A stretch of 64,000 nucleotides of DNA from Salpingoeca rosetta (taxonomy: Eukaryota > Protista > Choanoflagellata): contig JAWQFM010000005.1 in the NCBI GenBank assembly GCA_033442325.1, positions 1,502,872 to 1,566,871 of the forward strand. The letters run 5' to 3'. The notes under the pieces are model-generated. The model had not been told where the DNA came from, ran no database searches, and saw only the letters and a list, made by a program, of their open reading frames with translations. Of the stretch, positions 61,338 to 64,000 are shown piece after piece; position 1 is the stretch's first letter; every line of letters begins with the position of its first letter. Position numbers and translations under genes: made by a program.

Positions 61338-61396
61338 GCGTGCGTGCGTGCGTGTTGTGCGTGTATGTGCGCGTGCGTGCGTGCGTGCGTGTGTGA

Positions 61397-61450
<54 letters not shown>

Positions 61451-62122
61451 CATTGTATCAGCGCTGCCGCCTGCCACAAGAGGAACATCACGGTCAGTCC
61501 TCACCCCAAACGTCATCACCTGTGTCCCTTGACAGAAATCATTTGTGGTCTGGCGCGTGTCAAGCAACTTCCACACAGCTGTCGGCGTGCTGTGGCAGGC
61601 ACAGGGCTTCTTCGTCGCTCTCATCAGGTGTTGTGTGTGTGTGTGTGTGTGTCTGTGTGTCTGTGTGTCTGTGTGCACTGTCAACTTCAAGCTTGCTAGT
61701 AATGAGGTCGTGCCTCACCACATGCCACCACCCCATGCCCATTTCATGTCATTTCAGGTTATCTGAGCCTGGTCTGCTCCGTGCACTCCTGCGCCGCTTC
61801 AGATGTCGCAATTCAGGTACACTGAACTGGCAATCACCACGATGCTGTCGATGATGTATGCATGTGCGGGTGTGTGTATATGTGTGTGTGTATGTGTGTG
61901 TATGTGTGTATGTGCGTGTGTATGTGTGTGTATGCGTGTGTATGTGTGTGTATGTGCGTGCGTGTGTGTGTGTGTGTGCTCTGGGTATGTGTGTGCTGTT
62001 CAACGTGCTACAGTTGAGTATGCGGTCGAGGTTGGTCTTCTGCTTTTGTTCGGACTGTATTGTCTCTCACGCCTATCCTCCCACCGCCATGTTCTGCATG
62101 TGTGTGTGTGTCTGTCTGTCTC

Positions 62123-62158
<36 letters not shown>

Positions 62159-62513
62159 AGCAGGTATTGGAGATTACGGGGATGCAGACAGCAGCGATGA
62201 CGACGATGACGACGACATGGCAGCGCGCCAGCTTCTGCTCGCGGTGCGTTAGGCGTGCGTGCGTGTGCACTTGTGTGTGAGTCTGTGTGAGTGTGTGTGT
62301 GTGTCTGTTTGTGGTATCATGAGCTTGTACACGTGTACCTCACGTTTGTGCGCCTCTGCTCATAGCCGTGGAGTGGTCTGCACATTTGTGAGCAGTCTGA
62401 GCCAACACAGGGCACATGGGGCGCATCGTCCAGCATCCGAGCAGGTGACCATTGCATGTGTGTGTGTGTGTGTGCGTGTGTGCGTGTGTGTGTGTGTGTG
62501 TGTGTGCGTGTGT

Positions 62514-62544
<31 letters not shown>

Positions 62545-62866
62545 GTGTGCGTGTGTGTCTGTGTTTGTGTTTGTGTGCGTGCGTGCGTCTGTCTGTCTGT
62601 CTGTCTGTGCGTGTGTGTGTGTGTGTGTGTGTCTGTCTGTTGTTTGCCCGTCCGTCCCTCCGGCTTCTTCCATTTGTCCAGCATCAGCACTCACCTCGCC
62701 CCCTGCCCCTCTTTGCTTCTTGTGTTCCGCCCAATCATCCAACCAACCAGAGCTTGCTGTCACGGATTCACTTGGACCCGTCAACGCGCGGCGTCCACCG
62801 CCAGCGGCACCGAGCAGATACAAGGGGCCGTCCTCCCCACGCAAGCAGTACTATGGCGACCTCTAA
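59628..62866 (+). CDS. 7TM GPCR, cAMP-receptor-like (CAR/GCR1/GPR157-type); about 10 exons
   Basis: Seven hydrophobic segments after splicing. Motifs HPAELILFVSICDL, ETASISWNAIWCLHL, KFYHVYVW, ECL2 Cys (GYHYC), FCLIFIFLW and QAQGFFVAL. The C-terminal tail ends KQYYGDL*. Confidence 0.8.
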
Positions 62867-63167
62867 TGCAACCACATACACGCACACACGCACGCGCACA
62901 CACACACACTTCTTCCATTTCGTTAGGTCCTTTCCTCCCCCCCCCCCCTTGCTGTTTAAAGCTTCTTGTTGTTCATGCACCACTGCGGCTTGTGTCACTC
63001 TCGTTTGGTCGCTGGCTGGTGCCGATGATGTACACACTCTTGCCTGCCTTTTTCCTTTGTTCGCCATTGTGCTTCCTTGTTACGCGACTGCCACCCGCTG
63101 TGAACCATCAAGGTGTGTGTGTGTGTCATGCACACCACAATAACAAAACCACGTGCACACATCAACA

Positions 63168-64000
63168 ATGGAGGTGTTGTGTGGGCGGCACGCTGTTGCG
63201 GCTGCGCTGGCTGCTGGACGGCGGCGGGTGGGCAAGCTGCTCGTGACCCAGGGCGCAGCACACCTGGACTTCCTGCGTGACATCAAAGGCCTGCAAGTCC
63301 AAGGGACGAAGCACCACCCACAACAGCAGCGGCAACCACCACGGAAGCACACCCAGCCAGTTGCATCGGCTGTGGTGTTGGAGCCGCAACCACACCATCA
63401 GCAGCAGCAGCAACAAGATCGTCATCATCAGCAGCATCAGCAGCACAACAAGGGGCAGGTTGTGCCTGTTGAGGTCGTATCAAGGCACCAGCTTGACAAG
63501 CTGACGGCTGGGGCTGTTCACCAAGGCGTTGCGCTGCGCGCCTCGCAGTACCCGTTGGATCCGTGGTCCCTGGCCATGCTGGAGCGGGACGTCAGGGAAG
63601 CAACGGCGCAGCCGAACAGCAGTCATCTGCTTGGCGACCCTGCAGGCGCGCGGACCGTTGCTCGTGCAGCAAAGCCAGCGAGGACCACACCACCATCACA
63701 ACAGCAAGCTTCTTCTGCGTTTCCACCGCTGTCGCTGCCACCCAGGCTGCCGCTGTATGTGCTCGTCACCGGGGTGCAGGATCCCGTCAACCTCGGCAGC
63801 ATCCTACGCAGCAGCTACTGTCTTGGGGTGCGCCGCGTGTTCCTGAGCGACCGCCAGACTCTCAAGCCCACGTCAACGGTCAGCAAGAGCAGCGCAGGCG
63901 CGCTGGAACTGCTTGACGTGCACACTGTTCGCGACGAGGCGTCGTTCATCGCCCACGCAGCAGACCACGGCTTCCTCTCCTTTGCAGCGTGCATGCAACC
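63168..64000 (+). CDS. SpoU/TrmH-family rRNA 2'-O-methyltransferase (MRM1/RlmB-like), truncated by the window end
   Basis: Missing from the ORF track because there is no stop in the window. MEVLCGRHAVAAALAAGRRRVGKL, LDKLTAGAVHQGVAL, VQDPVNLGSILRS, VSKSSAGALE. Confidence 0.9.
   Translation, partial: MEVLCGRHAVAAALAAGRRRVGKLLVTQGAAHLDFLRDIKGLQVQGTKHHPQQQRQPPRKHTQPVASAVVLEPQPHHQQQQQQDRHHQQHQQHNKGQVVPVEVVSRHQLDKLTAGAVHQGVALRASQYPLDPWSLAMLERDVREATAQPNSSHLLGDPAGARTVARAAKPARTTPPSQQQASSAFPPLSLPPRLPLYVLVTGVQDPVNLGSILRSSYCLGVRRVFLSDRQTLKPTSTVSKSSAGALELLDVHTVRDEASFIAHAADHGFLSFAACMQ

Noticed and set aside
62749-63260. GPCR-methyltransferase fusion
   Set aside because: The GPCR has a phase-consistent stop at 62864-62866, and the methyltransferase has its own ATG after an in-frame stop.

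Overview
Eukaryotic, GC-rich, intron-dense genomic DNA with about 18 protein-coding genes and two assembly gaps (34370-34640, 59162-59261). Almost every intron carries (GT)n/(CA)n or trinucleotide microsatellites. The gene content and repeat style suggest a unicellular holozoan, most likely a Salpingoeca rosetta-like choanoflagellate (inference). Most ORFs in the track are repeat-derived noise, so I built gene models by joining exons at GT-AG sites by eye. In order: H-NOX/PAS soluble guanylyl cyclase (-), DMAC1/DUF4536-like small protein (+), hypothetical (+), NDT1/SLC25A32-type mitochondrial carrier (-), MATE transporter with a C-terminal sushi-like domain (-), Vav-like CH-acidic-DH-PH RhoGEF (-), PAM2-motif Q-rich protein (-), class I HDAC (-), alpha-tubulin acetyltransferase spanning a gap (+), FN3-containing type I membrane protein (+), OGFOD2 (-), cytochrome b5-related desaturase-like protein (+), two hypotheticals, peptidase E (-), Na+/Ca2+ exchanger (-), cAMP-receptor-like 7TM protein (+), and a SpoU/MRM1 methyltransferase running off the end (+). 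The most notable signal is that many introns have G/U-rich repeats near the donor and complementary A/C-rich repeats near the acceptor, which could pair and bridge splice sites. Other points: a repeated E2F/CHR-like promoter element, an sGC whose H-NOX core is missing or misassembled, a Vav without SH2/SH3, and a MATE-sushi fusion. No database searches were run; family calls rest on remembered motifs.
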